Both the position numbers and the translations under genes were made by a program. From IMG/VR virus record IMGVR_UViG_3300025961_000410: a stretch of 64,000 nucleotides of DNA; one strand, written 5' to 3'. Shown here piece after piece: positions 11,372 through 21,017 of this stretch (its first letter is position 1; each line of letters starts with the position of its first letter). The stretch is from an uncultured virus (IMG/VR IMGVR_UViG_3300025961_000410) (lineage: Duplodnaviria > Heunggongvirae > Uroviricota > Caudoviricetes). Under the pieces are notes generated by a model that ran no database searches, had not been told where the DNA came from, and was given only the letters and a program-made list of their open reading frames with translations.

Positions 11372-12819
11372 TACAGCGCCATCCTCTGCCGACAAGCGTC
11401 CATAGTAGTGTGGTACATAACATCACCCATCTCAAAGACAGTATTCATAACCGATTGGGGATGTTTATCAACACCAAGATCTAGCACAACATTTTTGTAA
11501 ACGCCATCAATCAGCGCTAGATCTAAACGACCGCCCAAGCTAGCCTTACCACTGTCTGTGATAGGATTCTTTCTAACAGCAACTGATTTGCCATTAATGA
11601 TAGCATGGTTGTTCTTAAAAGCGATCATCTGAGTATCTCGGTTTACCTTTTGAAGCAAACCCCCACCCGAACCAAAGGCAATATTTGAGATCGACCACTT
11701 CAGGTCAGTCAGAGTTTTACAAATAGCTCTGGTTGATTGCATATCAATGCCATCACCCTGAATCATCCTGAAGTAAGATGGCAACAGCTTATAACCCTTA
11801 CTATTGATAGTAATTGGCAGCCTTGATTGAAGAATCTCAAACAAAGTTGGAAGAACCGTTAGCGGGTTACCTGAATCTGGTCTAGCAACTAGAGTCCCAC
11901 CTGATTGTTTGATCAGATCGAGTAAGAAGGGATGAGTCCAAGCTTTAAACATCTCAAACACGTTATAAGTATCGCTAACGCAAGCTGCAAACTTTGGAGA
12001 TCCTGCTGGAACCTGGCGTTCAATCAACATCTTACGAATGAAATTCTCGCAACAGCTAATCTCATGATTAGCACCCCACATAGCCATTACAGAATGTTCT
12101 GTTGCAGGAATTGAAAAACCTGCCATTTCACAATCGTAATAGTGATTAGCATGTCGAATACCTTCTACGGTATCTGAACCGAAGAAGCTAAAAAGATGCG
12201 CTGCTCCACCGATTCTAGCCTGCTCTAGAGTGGCAACACCCCTAGCACCAAAGTCATGAAGCTTAAACCCAATTTCAGCCTCTGGATCATCAGAAGAAAG
12301 ATCGAGATACTCTTTGATGATCTTCTTTGATTCCCTGCTGGTAGTTGCAATTGTGCTAGGGTACCACAAGCGCTCGAGGATATCTTCGATCCAGGATACG
12401 ATCCAGAAACACCGAGCATCTTCAACCATCGACTCTACCGTAGCTAGTACTGACTTTACTGGTACTACCAACCCTTCAGGAATAGCGCGAATCCTGACTG
12501 GAAGGTAGCCATACTTTTTCATAACATAGAGCCAGTCTTCCTTGTTGAAAGGCTCACCATGCTTTCCAGCAAAGCTTTCAGCCTCTTCAATCATATCTAG
12601 CGTGATTGGCTTTGCTAGATACTTATGAAGAATGTACTGAAGCCCTGCTAATGTACAGGTATCAAACTCACCACCACGTGCGATAAGATGACTTTGCATA
12701 CTGGTCGTACCGTCGGGATACAAACCAGGGTGGCTGAACTTGTAACTATCAGTGTCAGTCAGCAGGTTGTAGGGCAGATCTTCTTTCAACTGAACAGTAC
12801 GTGAATTCCAACTTCTCAT
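11371..12819 (-). CDS. nadV: Nicotinamide phosphoribosyltransferase
   Basis: DTDSYKFSH, LHDFGARG, IPATEHS, VSDTYN, RPDSG, IQGDG, FGSGGGLLQKVNRDT. Confidence 0.93.
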   Translation of the reverse strand: MRSWNSRTVQLKEDLPYNLLTDTDSYKFSHPGLYPDGTTSMQSHLIARGGEFDTCTLAGLQYILHKYLAKPITLDMIEEAESFAGKHGEPFNKEDWLYVMKKYGYLPVRIRAIPEGLVVPVKSVLATVESMVEDARCFWIVSWIEDILERLWYPSTIATTSRESKKIIKEYLDLSSDDPEAEIGFKLHDFGARGVATLEQARIGGAAHLFSFFGSDTVEGIRHANHYYDCEMAGFSIPATEHSVMAMWGANHEISCCENFIRKMLIERQVPAGSPKFAACVSDTYNVFEMFKAWTHPFLLDLIKQSGGTLVARPDSGNPLTVLPTLFEILQSRLPITINSKGYKLLPSYFRMIQGDGIDMQSTRAICKTLTDLKWSISNIAFGSGGGLLQKVNRDTQMIAFKNNHAIINGKSVAVRKNPITDSGKASLGGRLDLALIDGVYKNVVLDLGVDKHPQSVMNTVFEMGDVMYHTTMDACRQRMAL

Positions 12820-13043
12820 TTCAACTCCTGGGTTAATTCTACCAAACCTTCAACAACTTCAAAATCAGGTACAATTTGCAATCTCATACCAACGTAAAAC
12901 TTAGCAGCATGTTCTAAAACTCTACAAGCTTCGCAGAATGTAAAACCCTCCTCACTAGAACAGACTTTGACTGGAACACCATCTGGAAAGGTTGCGATCA
13001 CTTTGAATCGATCGCTAGCAAATCTTTCAGATAGGTTAATCAC
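12816..13043 (-). CDS. Hypothetical protein
   Basis: 75-aa ORF coupled to both neighbours. Confidence 0.6.
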   Translation of the reverse strand: MINLSERFASDRFKVIATFPDGVPVKVCSSEEGFTFCEACRVLEHAAKFYVGMRLQIVPDFEVVEGLVELTQELK

Positions 13044-13231
13044 TCAACCTCTGTTGATGCTGTTTCAGTCAGAGTAACTACTCGCATACGTCTCCTATCA
13101 GGCTTTAGTGCTTTTGCAATGCTGATAGTAGACTCCAAATCTAATCGAGCAACTGATCCTGGAGCGTAATCTCCCCACTCACCATCATCATTTGTGATTT
13201 GAATGATGTGTCGGACGATTTTCTTTTCCAT
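13040..13231 (-). CDS. Hypothetical protein with leaderless start
   Basis: 63-aa ORF whose ATG is within promoter copy 2; heads the run leading into the NAD genes. Confidence 0.7.
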   Translation of the reverse strand: MEKKIVRHIIQITNDDGEWGDYAPGSVARLDLESTISIAKALKPDRRRMRVVTLTETASTEVE

Positions 13232-13265
13232 ACAAACATCATAATAATGATCTTCAACTAATCAA
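13229..13265 (-). promoter_or_regulatory. Conserved leaderless-type promoter, copy 2
   Basis: TTGATT-N16-TATGAT-GTTTGT-ATG. Confidence 0.85.
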
Positions 13266-13283
13266 GTACTGAAAACAAGATTC

Positions 13284-14090
13284 TTACTTGACCTTTCCAT
13301 CCCCATCGTAAGTTTCGTAATCATCTGGCTCTAGCTTCAAATTTAACTGGCTCCAAGCATCGTTAGTGATGCTATCCAAACGATTCTTCCAGAGGTCTTC
13401 TTCAGTATGCAGTGGTGGGGTATCAGTATGTGGTACAACAACGGGCATTTTAGCTACTGTTCGAGCTAGTGGTAACACATTGTGTGCTACATTTTGATCT
13501 ATTAACTGGGGTTTGAACACTCCGCCCTCGCCATTAAAAACGTATGGCCCAACTCTTCTTTGCCAAATCGCTGGAGTAACTCCACCAGGAGATGCTGGGT
13601 TAGATGAGTTAACCCAATAAGGCACCCACAAAGGTCTGACTAAAATAAAAGAAGGCTTTAACAGTATGTTATAAGCATACTGAGTAAGATAAGGCATTGC
13701 CTCTCCGTAAGTAGAAAGCAAGCAAGCCATAAACTCCCTCAGTTGGGGAACCCAACTCGGACTAACAGTAGCAACTCTTGGGTCATCTTCAATATCTAAA
13801 GAAGGGGCAATATCACCTGGCAGGTACCCACAATCTGCAGCTTGAGCATTAAAAACAGTAAGTTGATCAGCTACTGATTGGGTTGAACGAAAGAAATGGT
13901 ACCCACCAACCTGGATTCCAACCGCTCTAAAGTTTTTGAAGTGTTGAACCGCAGCTGGATCTTTGTAGGTGCCATAAGAGAGTCTTACCATGGCGAACTT
14001 ACATGTCCTGGCTAATTCGTCATATGACTTTCCGCCTGGACCTGTTGTCGACTGATAGTTAGAAACATCTACACCGTATAGTTCCCACAT
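13284..14090 (-). CDS. GH25 family lysozyme (endolysin candidate)
   Basis: GVDVSNYQ, GGYHFF, LDIE, PLWVPYW, AIWQ, IDQN. Confidence 0.88.
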   Translation of the reverse strand: MWELYGVDVSNYQSTTGPGGKSYDELARTCKFAMVRLSYGTYKDPAAVQHFKNFRAVGIQVGGYHFFRSTQSVADQLTVFNAQAADCGYLPGDIAPSLDIEDDPRVATVSPSWVPQLREFMACLLSTYGEAMPYLTQYAYNILLKPSFILVRPLWVPYWVNSSNPASPGGVTPAIWQRRVGPYVFNGEGGVFKPQLIDQNVAHNVLPLARTVAKMPVVVPHTDTPPLHTEEDLWKNRLDSITNDAWSQLNLKLEPDDYETYDGDGKVK

Positions 14091-14145
14091 TAGTCAATCT
14101 CTTTTCTGTATTGCATACTAAGCTAAACTTAACTAACAACCTATG

Positions 14146-14538
14146 TTATTGCTTGGTTCCAACAGCTGATGAATAGCTGAAAGTGATCTCATTAAACAGG
14201 AATCTACTAACACCCAACCCCCTAATTGAAGCATCTGCTATTCTAAGATCTTGATCACCAACCTTGAAGCATTGCCTTTTAAGCCACTCAGCATAGATAC
14301 CCACTCCACCTGGCTTTGAATCTAGCTCTCCTAGTCTTGGTTCCATCTCTTCTAGTTCTGGTCTCCAAAAACTAGCCCCGTAAGTCTTAGCGTAGCGCAA
14401 CTGATAAGAACGGCCATCGCCTAAATCGATTGGTTCATAAATCTCTAGCATGGGATGGAAATCTGCTAACCACCCAACTTGAACAAACTCTTCTTTCCAC
14501 GACAGTAAGATTCTCTGGACGTTCATTTTGCAATGCAC
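14146..14538 (-). CDS. Hypothetical protein
   Basis: ORF in a coupled minus-strand run. Confidence 0.55.
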   Translation of the reverse strand: MHCKMNVQRILLSWKEEFVQVGWLADFHPMLEIYEPIDLGDGRSYQLRYAKTYGASFWRPELEEMEPRLGELDSKPGGVGIYAEWLKRQCFKVGDQDLRIADASIRGLGVSRFLFNEITFSYSSAVGTKQ

Positions 14539-14732
14539 TTGGTATGTTCCATACCAAACACAGTCAAGGCTTTCTCTTTTACAGAATTAATATTACCACA
14601 AAATCTCTTGTAATTCCAGGTGACTAAGCAACGACTACAAGAAAGATTCAATGTTAAATGTCGACCATCAATGGTCATGGTACCAGTAACCCAGACAACA
14701 GTACTGTGTCTGATCGCTACTACCTTACTCAC
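14523..14732 (-). CDS. Hypothetical protein, possible Zn-binding
   Basis: CSRC plus HTKC; coupled to neighbours. Confidence 0.5.
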   Translation of the reverse strand: MSKVVAIRHSTVVWVTGTMTIDGRHLTLNLSCSRCLVTWNYKRFCGNINSVKEKALTVFGMEHTKCIAK

Positions 14733-14974
14733 AAATTACTCGAAAAAGTTGCTCTGTATTGGACAGGGGCTCCAACAACAGGAATCTGAACACCAGAACC
14801 ATTATCAATTGTTGATTCGATGGCGACAATCATCTTATAAGTCAACAGCTTATTAACAGCTTCTGAAACCTGTGCTGAAGTATATTTTAGCTGGGCTGCC
14901 AACGAATCAACCGTATATGAACTAGGGTAAGTCTTACGCAACAACCTAGTGATGTTATCGGGGACTTCACTCAT
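14729..14974 (-). CDS. Winged-HTH-like small protein
   Basis: TVDSLAAQLKYTSAQVSEAVNKLLTYKMI pattern. Confidence 0.5.
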   Translation of the reverse strand: MSEVPDNITRLLRKTYPSSYTVDSLAAQLKYTSAQVSEAVNKLLTYKMIVAIESTIDNGSGVQIPVVGAPVQYRATFSSNL

Positions 14975-14992
14975 ATAGACCTAAACATTGGT

Positions 14993-15025
14993 TTAGCTGC
15001 ATCTACTAGTTTAAGATGCAGCTAA
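14993..15025. terminator. Intergenic stem-loop (terminator or RNA stability hairpin)
   Basis: Perfect 12-bp stem ttagctgcatct / agatgcagctaa with a 9-nt loop; no clean U-tract. Confidence 0.55.
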
Positions 15026-15044
15026 CCGTATCGAAAAGTATGAA

Positions 15045-15476
15045 TCAGCGACGATGGTTGTAACTAGTATCAGAAGCTACTTGATACTCTTTTCCAGAAA
15101 CCGTAAGACCTACAACATCTTTGGCAGGAATAAGGACCTTGCTAGAAACCCCACCAGGTTGTGTAGCATCAATGGAGAAATAGTGCTTCGACTTTCCATC
15201 TGCTGTAAGAGCTTCGAAATACTCATTCAAAGCCCCCTTCGAAGGCTTTCGAACGATATTGATCGACTTAATTGAGATACCCCGTTGAGTTGATCGACCA
15301 ACCATCCAATCAAAAGAGGAAGTCTTCAACCTAACGATATTCTCGCTGGGTGGGACCTTCTTCCGAGAAGGTCTCGGAGCTCTGACTGATTTAGCTGTCT
15401 TTCGTTTCGGTGCAGACTTCAGAGCGGCTACAACCTTACCCCTAGATGCAACTTTCTTCTTCTTTTTCGTAGACAT
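15045..15476 (-). CDS. Basic (Lys/Arg-rich) hypothetical protein
   Basis: Histone-like basic N-terminus; extended -10-like TGgTATTAT upstream. Confidence 0.6.
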   Translation of the reverse strand: MSTKKKKKVASRGKVVAALKSAPKRKTAKSVRAPRPSRKKVPPSENIVRLKTSSFDWMVGRSTQRGISIKSINIVRKPSKGALNEYFEALTADGKSKHYFSIDATQPGGVSSKVLIPAKDVVGLTVSGKEYQVASDTSYNHRR

Positions 15477-15521
15477 AATTTGAACCTTTCAGAACCTATA
15501 ATACCAGCTACTACGTCAGAT

Positions 15522-16097
15522 TTACAGCTGACTTAGAATCCTGTTGTAAGTCACTACGCGTTTACTCTCACCTGGGAATGGCATCGTACAGGAACGACCT
15601 GCGAAAGCCCTAATCGTCCCTAGTGGATGGGGAACTCCACTATTCTTACATCGATAGTAAGCGCCTCGAAGCATTCTGGAAGCTGCTCTAGCTTGAATTT
15701 GAAGCTCAGTAGAACCCCATTCCTGATCGTTCGTAAGATTTTGATGAAGTTGCCACAACCCCCACGCTTTGTGTCTTAGAACTCCATCCTTATCTCTATA
15801 AGCGTCACCCTCACATCTGTCAGCTGGTCCATTACAATCGTGATACAAGCCTAACCGAATTCTTTCGGAGAGCGCTGACTCATGGATACCTACTGCAGAT
15901 AGCAAAGCTGCCCACTCTCTACTAACTCCTTTGATCTGCATCAATGCCTTTGCAAATTCAACCCCACTAACCACAGGTTCTTTTTTGGAACCGTACTTTT
16001 CTGGAATTGTTCGCAACGATTCTTCTAATGTTTGACGATTAGAAAAGGCATTGGCTGGAAGCAAAAGAATAGCTAGAAGTAAAAAGAATCGACGCAT
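15522..16097 (-). CDS. Exported lysozyme-like/lytic transglycosylase-like protein
   Basis: Signal peptide MRRFFLLLAILLLPANA; HES catalytic-Glu motif; AWGLWQL. Confidence 0.6.
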   Translation of the reverse strand: MRRFFLLLAILLLPANAFSNRQTLEESLRTIPEKYGSKKEPVVSGVEFAKALMQIKGVSREWAALLSAVGIHESALSERIRLGLYHDCNGPADRCEGDAYRDKDGVLRHKAWGLWQLHQNLTNDQEWGSTELQIQARAASRMLRGAYYRCKNSGVPHPLGTIRAFAGRSCTMPFPGESKRVVTYNRILSQL

Positions 16098-16765
16098 TAC
16101 ACTTTCCCTGCTAATGGGTCAGGAGCGATTATTGATTGGTCAAAAGACACTGTAGTAATACGACCAAAAAGCGATAGCTGTACCATCAATCTACCATCAG
16201 CAATACGCTTAATCTGACCTTTGAAATTCTCAAATGGGCCACCTTTAATTACAACCCATTGATCAACTACCAAATCAGTTCTCTGTTTCTTCTTCATCTG
16301 GCCAGTCACTGACTGATACATCAATGATATGGCACAGTCGACCTCTCTTTGTGAAACTAGTTGAGGTTTCATTCCAGTTCGATCTGTGACAAATCCAACT
16401 ACACCTGGAATCGCGCAGATCAAATTCTTCAGATCTGGAGTTAGTTTAAGCTTACACAGAAGATATCCAGCAAACAGACGTTCTGACTTCCACCGTTCAG
16501 ATCCATCTGAATTCCGAACTAACTCCAACTGGTTTGGAATTAGGTAGTGATCAACCAAATCTCCCATGCCGAGCATTTCAGCGTAGGTTTTTAGCTTTAG
16601 GCCTACTCGGCATTCAGCTGCAGAACTACAGATAATGCCATACCACCCAAAGAAAGTCCCATCAGGCTTTGCCTTTGCATCAGCTTTAGCGTAAATCTCT
16701 TTTAAAGCCTGTCGACGTACTTTTCTTGCAGCGTTAGCAATTTTCTCAGCTTCTGTTAACATCAC
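16097..16765 (-). CDS. NusG-family transcription elongation/antitermination factor
   Basis: NGN-like WYGI...RLFAGYLL...IPGVVGFV; KOW WVVIKGGPFENFKGQI and LSLFGRITTV. Confidence 0.88.
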   Translation of the reverse strand: MMLTEAEKIANAARKVRRQALKEIYAKADAKAKPDGTFFGWYGIICSSAAECRVGLKLKTYAEMLGMGDLVDHYLIPNQLELVRNSDGSERWKSERLFAGYLLCKLKLTPDLKNLICAIPGVVGFVTDRTGMKPQLVSQREVDCAISLMYQSVTGQMKKKQRTDLVVDQWVVIKGGPFENFKGQIKRIADGRLMVQLSLFGRITTVSFDQSIIAPDPLAGKV

Positions 16766-17157
16766 GCTATAATACCTGAACGCTTTGCCCTAGCTTGAGT
16801 AATCCTGTTTACAACATCTCGAAGTATGTTTTCGTACTCCCGAACATCTTCTTTAGAAAGAGAATTAAGAAAGGTTAATGTCGTTGGACGAATGCAGATT
16901 CTTGCAGTATCAAGACACAAACCAAGTGCCATGATCTGAATAAACTTCCCCAACGTCCCGTTTTGTTGTGGGTGAAGTCCCTTGTAAAGCTCGAAGACTG
17001 GGGACAGCTGGATCATCTTATTGTTATCAAAGCCCAGAATGGCGTCGTCGACTCCAAAAGCTAGTTTCCCTATGTAAGCAACCCCACCAGCTTCTGCAAT
17101 TACCCAGTCATCAGAATCGATGACTTTCTTTGTGTCAATGATCATCGATTCCATCAA
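16762..17157 (-). CDS. Hypothetical protein
   Basis: 131-aa ORF in a coupled run. Confidence 0.6.
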   Translation of the reverse strand: MMESMIIDTKKVIDSDDWVIAEAGGVAYIGKLAFGVDDAILGFDNNKMIQLSPVFELYKGLHPQQNGTLGKFIQIMALGLCLDTARICIRPTTLTFLNSLSKEDVREYENILRDVVNRITQARAKRSGIIA

Positions 17158-17386
17158 TACCTCCGATAGTCAGCTTCGTTCGAGAACCGTGGTCTACTTT
17201 TGCACCTTTGAAGTTCTTAATCACTTCGTCAGTAGCCCTAAGCTGGTTGGTTTTCTGCCACTGATTGAAAGCTGCTTCACTGCCTTTGAAAAGGACTTGC
17301 TCTCTAGGTTCAGATTTTTCTACAATCTGACCATTTTGTAGATCTTGCCAACGATGTGTATATTTTCTAACGACCTTGATTTTCAC
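17135..17386 (-). CDS. Hypothetical protein
   Basis: 83-aa ORF in a coupled run. Confidence 0.5.
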   Translation of the reverse strand: MKIKVVRKYTHRWQDLQNGQIVEKSEPREQVLFKGSEAAFNQWQKTNQLRATDEVIKNFKGAKVDHGSRTKLTIGGIDGIDDH

Positions 17387-18516
17387 TAGACAGCAACCCT
17401 TTCACTCTTCTCAAATTCACGATAACGAATTGCAAATCCCTTTTCAAAAGGGAATCTCTGAGTTAGCATAAGCCGATTCCATTCAGTTCGCTTTCCTGGC
17501 TGAACGTAATCTGTCTCCCAGCTAGCTCCCTTAATCCAAGTAGGAAAGTTAGTGGTAACCCCACCATTCTTAAAAAACGCTAACTCAGTTGCTCTGGTAG
17601 CAAACCTTAGAGCTGGAAGTTGCTTGTGCTTGATCTTGTGTGCTAACTTATCCAGGCGAACTAGATTTTCTTGAGAATTCTCAATCTTAGATGGGTGAAC
17701 ATAAGATCCAGTCCAAGGGATGTCAACCTCTACCTCGCAAGTCTTAACTGAAATTGACTTACTCTCACCCTTGGTTGATGCTGGCCATTCCTTTTTAGAA
17801 CCATCACCGCTGGTAGGAAATTTGATTCCATTTTTCAGCAATTGCTGGATACAGAGATTTGTGTAAGTCAAATCCTGTTCAAGACGGTTAATCAATGCTT
17901 TTGTTACGAAAAAGTATTGCCCAAAGAATGATGTCCAACGCATTGGATGGACAAAGTTCTCAAAATAGATTGAATTGCCTGTCCAAAGCTGCTTATCATT
18001 TAGGAAATCATTCTCCTTAGCAGTAGGGACAAATTCGATTGTTTTCCAACCTGAGTAGAACTCTCCATCCAAGTCCACAATCATAAAGTTTCGTGGAGCT
18101 CCAATCTCTTCTGAACCCAGACCATCAGAAGACATAACGTTCATATCTTCAATCCGGATTGAGAAGGAAAGAACTGCCTTATTAGCATTCAAACCAATAA
18201 CCTTCCCATGACGGTTCTTATTAGAGATAACAGTCTCGCCTTCTCTAATCGTCTTTGCTCTCTTGCTGGTGTAAGAAGGAAGATTGATAACCGCATTTCG
18301 ATCAGCTAAAGCTGACAAGAAGCACACCAGATCCAGATCGGTAGGTTTGATAACCCCATCTTCTAGATAAGCTGGACCAGGCTTCCTACTGTAGAGGTCA
18401 AAAGTCCAATGATCTTGAATGACTTCTGCTAGTCCTTCAACTGGAACTGACAAGTTACGAATAGCTTCCATAGCATCACTATGGATCAACTTTTGAAACG
18501 CTTTTGTTTGTGCCAT
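17386..18516 (-). CDS. Hypothetical protein (376 aa)
   Basis: Long intact ORF, no family recognised. Confidence 0.75.
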   Translation of the reverse strand: MAQTKAFQKLIHSDAMEAIRNLSVPVEGLAEVIQDHWTFDLYSRKPGPAYLEDGVIKPTDLDLVCFLSALADRNAVINLPSYTSKRAKTIREGETVISNKNRHGKVIGLNANKAVLSFSIRIEDMNVMSSDGLGSEEIGAPRNFMIVDLDGEFYSGWKTIEFVPTAKENDFLNDKQLWTGNSIYFENFVHPMRWTSFFGQYFFVTKALINRLEQDLTYTNLCIQQLLKNGIKFPTSGDGSKKEWPASTKGESKSISVKTCEVEVDIPWTGSYVHPSKIENSQENLVRLDKLAHKIKHKQLPALRFATRATELAFFKNGGVTTNFPTWIKGASWETDYVQPGKRTEWNRLMLTQRFPFEKGFAIRYREFEKSERVAV

Positions 18517-18517
18517 A

Positions 18518-18724
18518 TTACTCTTTCTTCAGACTGACTTCATAATCAGAATAAGTCCTTACATGTTTAGCAACTGCTCTCCACCTGTCCTTGACCTCTT
18601 CAGGAAGTTTAGAGTCCTCCCACTCTAAAGCTCTACTACCTTTCAAAGTTCTCCACCCGCTAAATTCCCAAAACTTATTGTAGAGACTTTTCGCAACGCT
18701 TTCGACAACATCAGATTTAGCCAT
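18518..18724 (-). CDS. Hypothetical protein
   Basis: 68-aa ORF with W..LPEEVKDRWRAVA motif typical of small phage proteins. Confidence 0.6.
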   Translation of the reverse strand: MAKSDVVESVAKSLYNKFWEFSGWRTLKGSRALEWEDSKLPEEVKDRWRAVAKHVRTYSDYEVSLKKE

Positions 18725-18914
18725 ATTTCTTTACCTTGTCAGTGATAATCATTGGAGCTACATACTTCTGCACTTTTACATCAGTAGCAGTTGACGAACG
18801 AACTACCAACTTAGTTGTGCAGTTCGTGCAACTAAGCATATCACCAACTCTAATCGATTTGAATGGGGTTGAGAACTCTTGATCAAAATCACAGTTTGGA
18901 CAACAGAAAATCAC
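18717..18914 (-). CDS. Zn-ribbon small protein
   Basis: CPNC...CTNC. Confidence 0.55.
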   Translation of the reverse strand: MIFCCPNCDFDQEFSTPFKSIRVGDMLSCTNCTTKLVVRSSTATDVKVQKYVAPMIITDKVKKYG

Positions 18915-19077
18915 GACTTCTTAACCTTTGGAATCAATTCCAGTCTATCTTTCTCTACAATAGAAGGTTTCAACTCACCATCCCATTGCACTATAACTAA
19001 ATCTGGAGACTGACCTGGTTGCCTAACATAACCCATCCTCTTATTGAAACGATCCCGAACTCGGTTTCCGGTATCCA

Positions 19078-19341
19078 TCAGATCATCACTTCAAAGACAT
19101 GGACTGTGTTGAAACCTGAAGCATTGCTAGCCGAGTTGATGTATTGAAGATCATCATCAACTTCGTCGTTAGTATGCAGCACCTTAAAATACCTATGAAC
19201 AGTTTCTGAACCAGGTGTGACAACTGCCCAGAGACAAAGCGAACCATCAGTTGCAAATTTCGCTTGTAGTATTTTTGCACCTGCTGGAAGTTCTAGCTCT
19301 AAGTCTTTGCTTGTTAACTTATACTTGTAAATCTTTTTCAT
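19078..19341 (-). CDS. Conserved small phage protein
   Basis: KIYKYKL...LPAGAKIL...LWAVV...HVFE pattern common in phages. Confidence 0.65.
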   Translation of the reverse strand: MKKIYKYKLTSKDLELELPAGAKILQAKFATDGSLCLWAVVTPGSETVHRYFKVLHTNDEVDDDLQYINSASNASGFNTVHVFEVMI

Positions 19342-19495
19342 CCAACTACCAACAGTACAATGATACCAACAATAACAGTTCCAAAGAACATCCCAACCAA
19401 AAAGCCCTCTTTCCAGATTTTGGTTGCAACTTCATCAGGCTTTGAAAGCTTCACGTTAATTGACATTGATTCTTCCCTTTTCAGTTTTTGATTTG

Positions 19496-19569
19496 CGTCT
19501 CAGGTAGGACTCGAACCTACGACTTCAGGGTTAGAAACCCCGTACTCTATCCAACTGAGTTACTGAGAC
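19496..19569 (-). tRNA. tRNA-Arg (anticodon TCT), CCA not encoded
   Basis: Reverse complement GTCTCAG-TA-ACTCAGTTGGATAGAGT-A-CGGGG-TTTCTAA-CCCTG-AAGTC-GTAGGTTCGAGTCCTAC-CTGAGAC-G folds as a cloverleaf. Confidence 0.92.
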
Positions 19570-19619
19570 AAAAGAATTGAGGCTAAAACTAATCAGACAG
19601 TTTGTAAACCTGTCATTAC

Positions 19620-19898
19620 CTAAGTTCTAGTCTCTGTAGTGATACTATTAGCTTGTTCTAGATTAGGATGGATTGGCATGGGTTTACCAGACCTTCCAGC
19701 TTGGTAATTCTCTTCTGCCCTGTTCAAGTGTTGCATCAACCCAACTAACCTACCCTCACCATCAACGACTCCTAGCAAATATATGTGCTCGAGAGCTTTC
19801 AATGGGTCTTTAGTCTTGCTGAGAGCTTTTGCATATTCAGCTTGTAGATTTCTCAGCTTAGCAATTGGGTCTTCGTATCGGGTTATCATTAGCTGCAA
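19620..19898 (-). CDS. Hypothetical protein
   Basis: 92-aa ORF. Confidence 0.55.
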   Translation of the reverse strand: MQLMITRYEDPIAKLRNLQAEYAKALSKTKDPLKALEHIYLLGVVDGEGRLVGLMQHLNRAEENYQAGRSGKPMPIHPNLEQANSITTETRT

Positions 19899-20128
19899 CC
19901 TGATCGAATTGCTTCCAGATACTCAAAAACATCTACTTCGGAACACTCTTCAGGGATTCCCATCCCGTCTCTAAACTTAATAGTCAGGGCTTCTATCATT
20001 TCCTGCATATCTAAATCAGGATCTTTTTGGACGATGAACTTCTCTACCGTATCAAAATTCTTAGCATCACTAGCGTGATTACCAACCCACTTGATGTTTC
20101 GAATATCTTGAATGGTTGATTGTTTCAT
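19889..20128 (-). CDS. Hypothetical protein with leaderless start
   Basis: ATG within promoter copy 3. Confidence 0.7.
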   Translation of the reverse strand: MKQSTIQDIRNIKWVGNHASDAKNFDTVEKFIVQKDPDLDMQEMIEALTIKFRDGMGIPEECSEVDVFEYLEAIRSGCS

Positions 20129-20162
20129 ACAAACATCATAATAATGATTATGAGTTAATCAA
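20126..20162 (-). promoter_or_regulatory. Conserved leaderless-type promoter, copy 3
   Basis: TTGATT-N16-TATGAT-GTTTGT-ATG. Confidence 0.85.
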
Positions 20163-20195
20163 GGGCTAGAATGAAAATCACCTATAAGTATACCA

Positions 20196-20564
20196 TTAGC
20201 CAGTTTTGATCTCTTGAATGGTTACGTGATACTGTTCACCTGGCATCCTTCGATGTTCATGATCAATATGCAACCAAAACCTCTGAAACCCTAGGTCTCC
20301 CATAGCTTTCCGCATACCATCGGTTACTACAAACCCCTCCGGCATGCCATGAATTTCAGCACTTCTGTCATAGAAATCAGTATTGTGCTTCTCTGGTTCC
20401 CAACCAAAGATCTCTGCGAATCTCCAGTACAAATGTGTCTCAACCAAACCTGTCATGAGTTGAACACTAGAAGCTACATCCTCAACCGTTTGCCAATTCT
20501 CAGATTTAGGGTAATACTTGTGCATATGCGCTAGAAACTCTGCATCACTCCTAAATTCAGGCAT
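20196..20564 (-). CDS. Hypothetical protein
   Basis: 122-aa ORF, TAATG coupling. Confidence 0.6.
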   Translation of the reverse strand: MPEFRSDAEFLAHMHKYYPKSENWQTVEDVASSVQLMTGLVETHLYWRFAEIFGWEPEKHNTDFYDRSAEIHGMPEGFVVTDGMRKAMGDLGFQRFWLHIDHEHRRMPGEQYHVTIQEIKTG

Positions 20565-21017
20565 TACAGAATCTCCGACAAAAACGTAGGGGTTGGTACT
20601 TCATCCCATTTTGGTTCAATTTGGTATGGTGTAAACTCTTCTTCAGGTTCGCCAAGTTGCTTGCCTAGTTCAAAGATTTGTTCATTGGCTTCTCGAAGAA
20701 GATCTTTTAATCGTTCAAGATACCTAGTCTGCTTTGCATACTCTTGACGGAGGTGATCATTGACTGCTACTAGATTACTGTTTCTAAATTCCAGGTTGCT
20801 GATTCGAATTTCCAGATCTTCAAACGTCTTTGGAAGTTCCTCAACTGAACTCTCTGCTGAAAGATCTTTTTTCGTATATGAGTTGACCTTACGATAGATG
20901 GTTCGACGATCAATTCCTAGAGCTTTTGCAGCTTGGGACATATTCCCACCCAACTGCAGCATCACTTTCTTTATGTGACGAGTCTCAACTTCTTCAATAG
21001 TTTCGATTTTGTTCATG
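20564..21017 (-). CDS. Fis/NtrC-type HTH plus coiled-coil protein (likely start MNKIE at 21017)
   Basis: TIEEVETRHIKKVMLQLGGNMSQAAKALGIDRRTIYRK matches the C-terminal HTH of sigma54 enhancer-binding proteins. Confidence 0.8.

Noticed and set aside
11371..12819. NARP1 (Adps + Namat) assignment
   Set aside because: No PRPP-synthetase-like partner nearby; the neighbour is an adenylyltransferase
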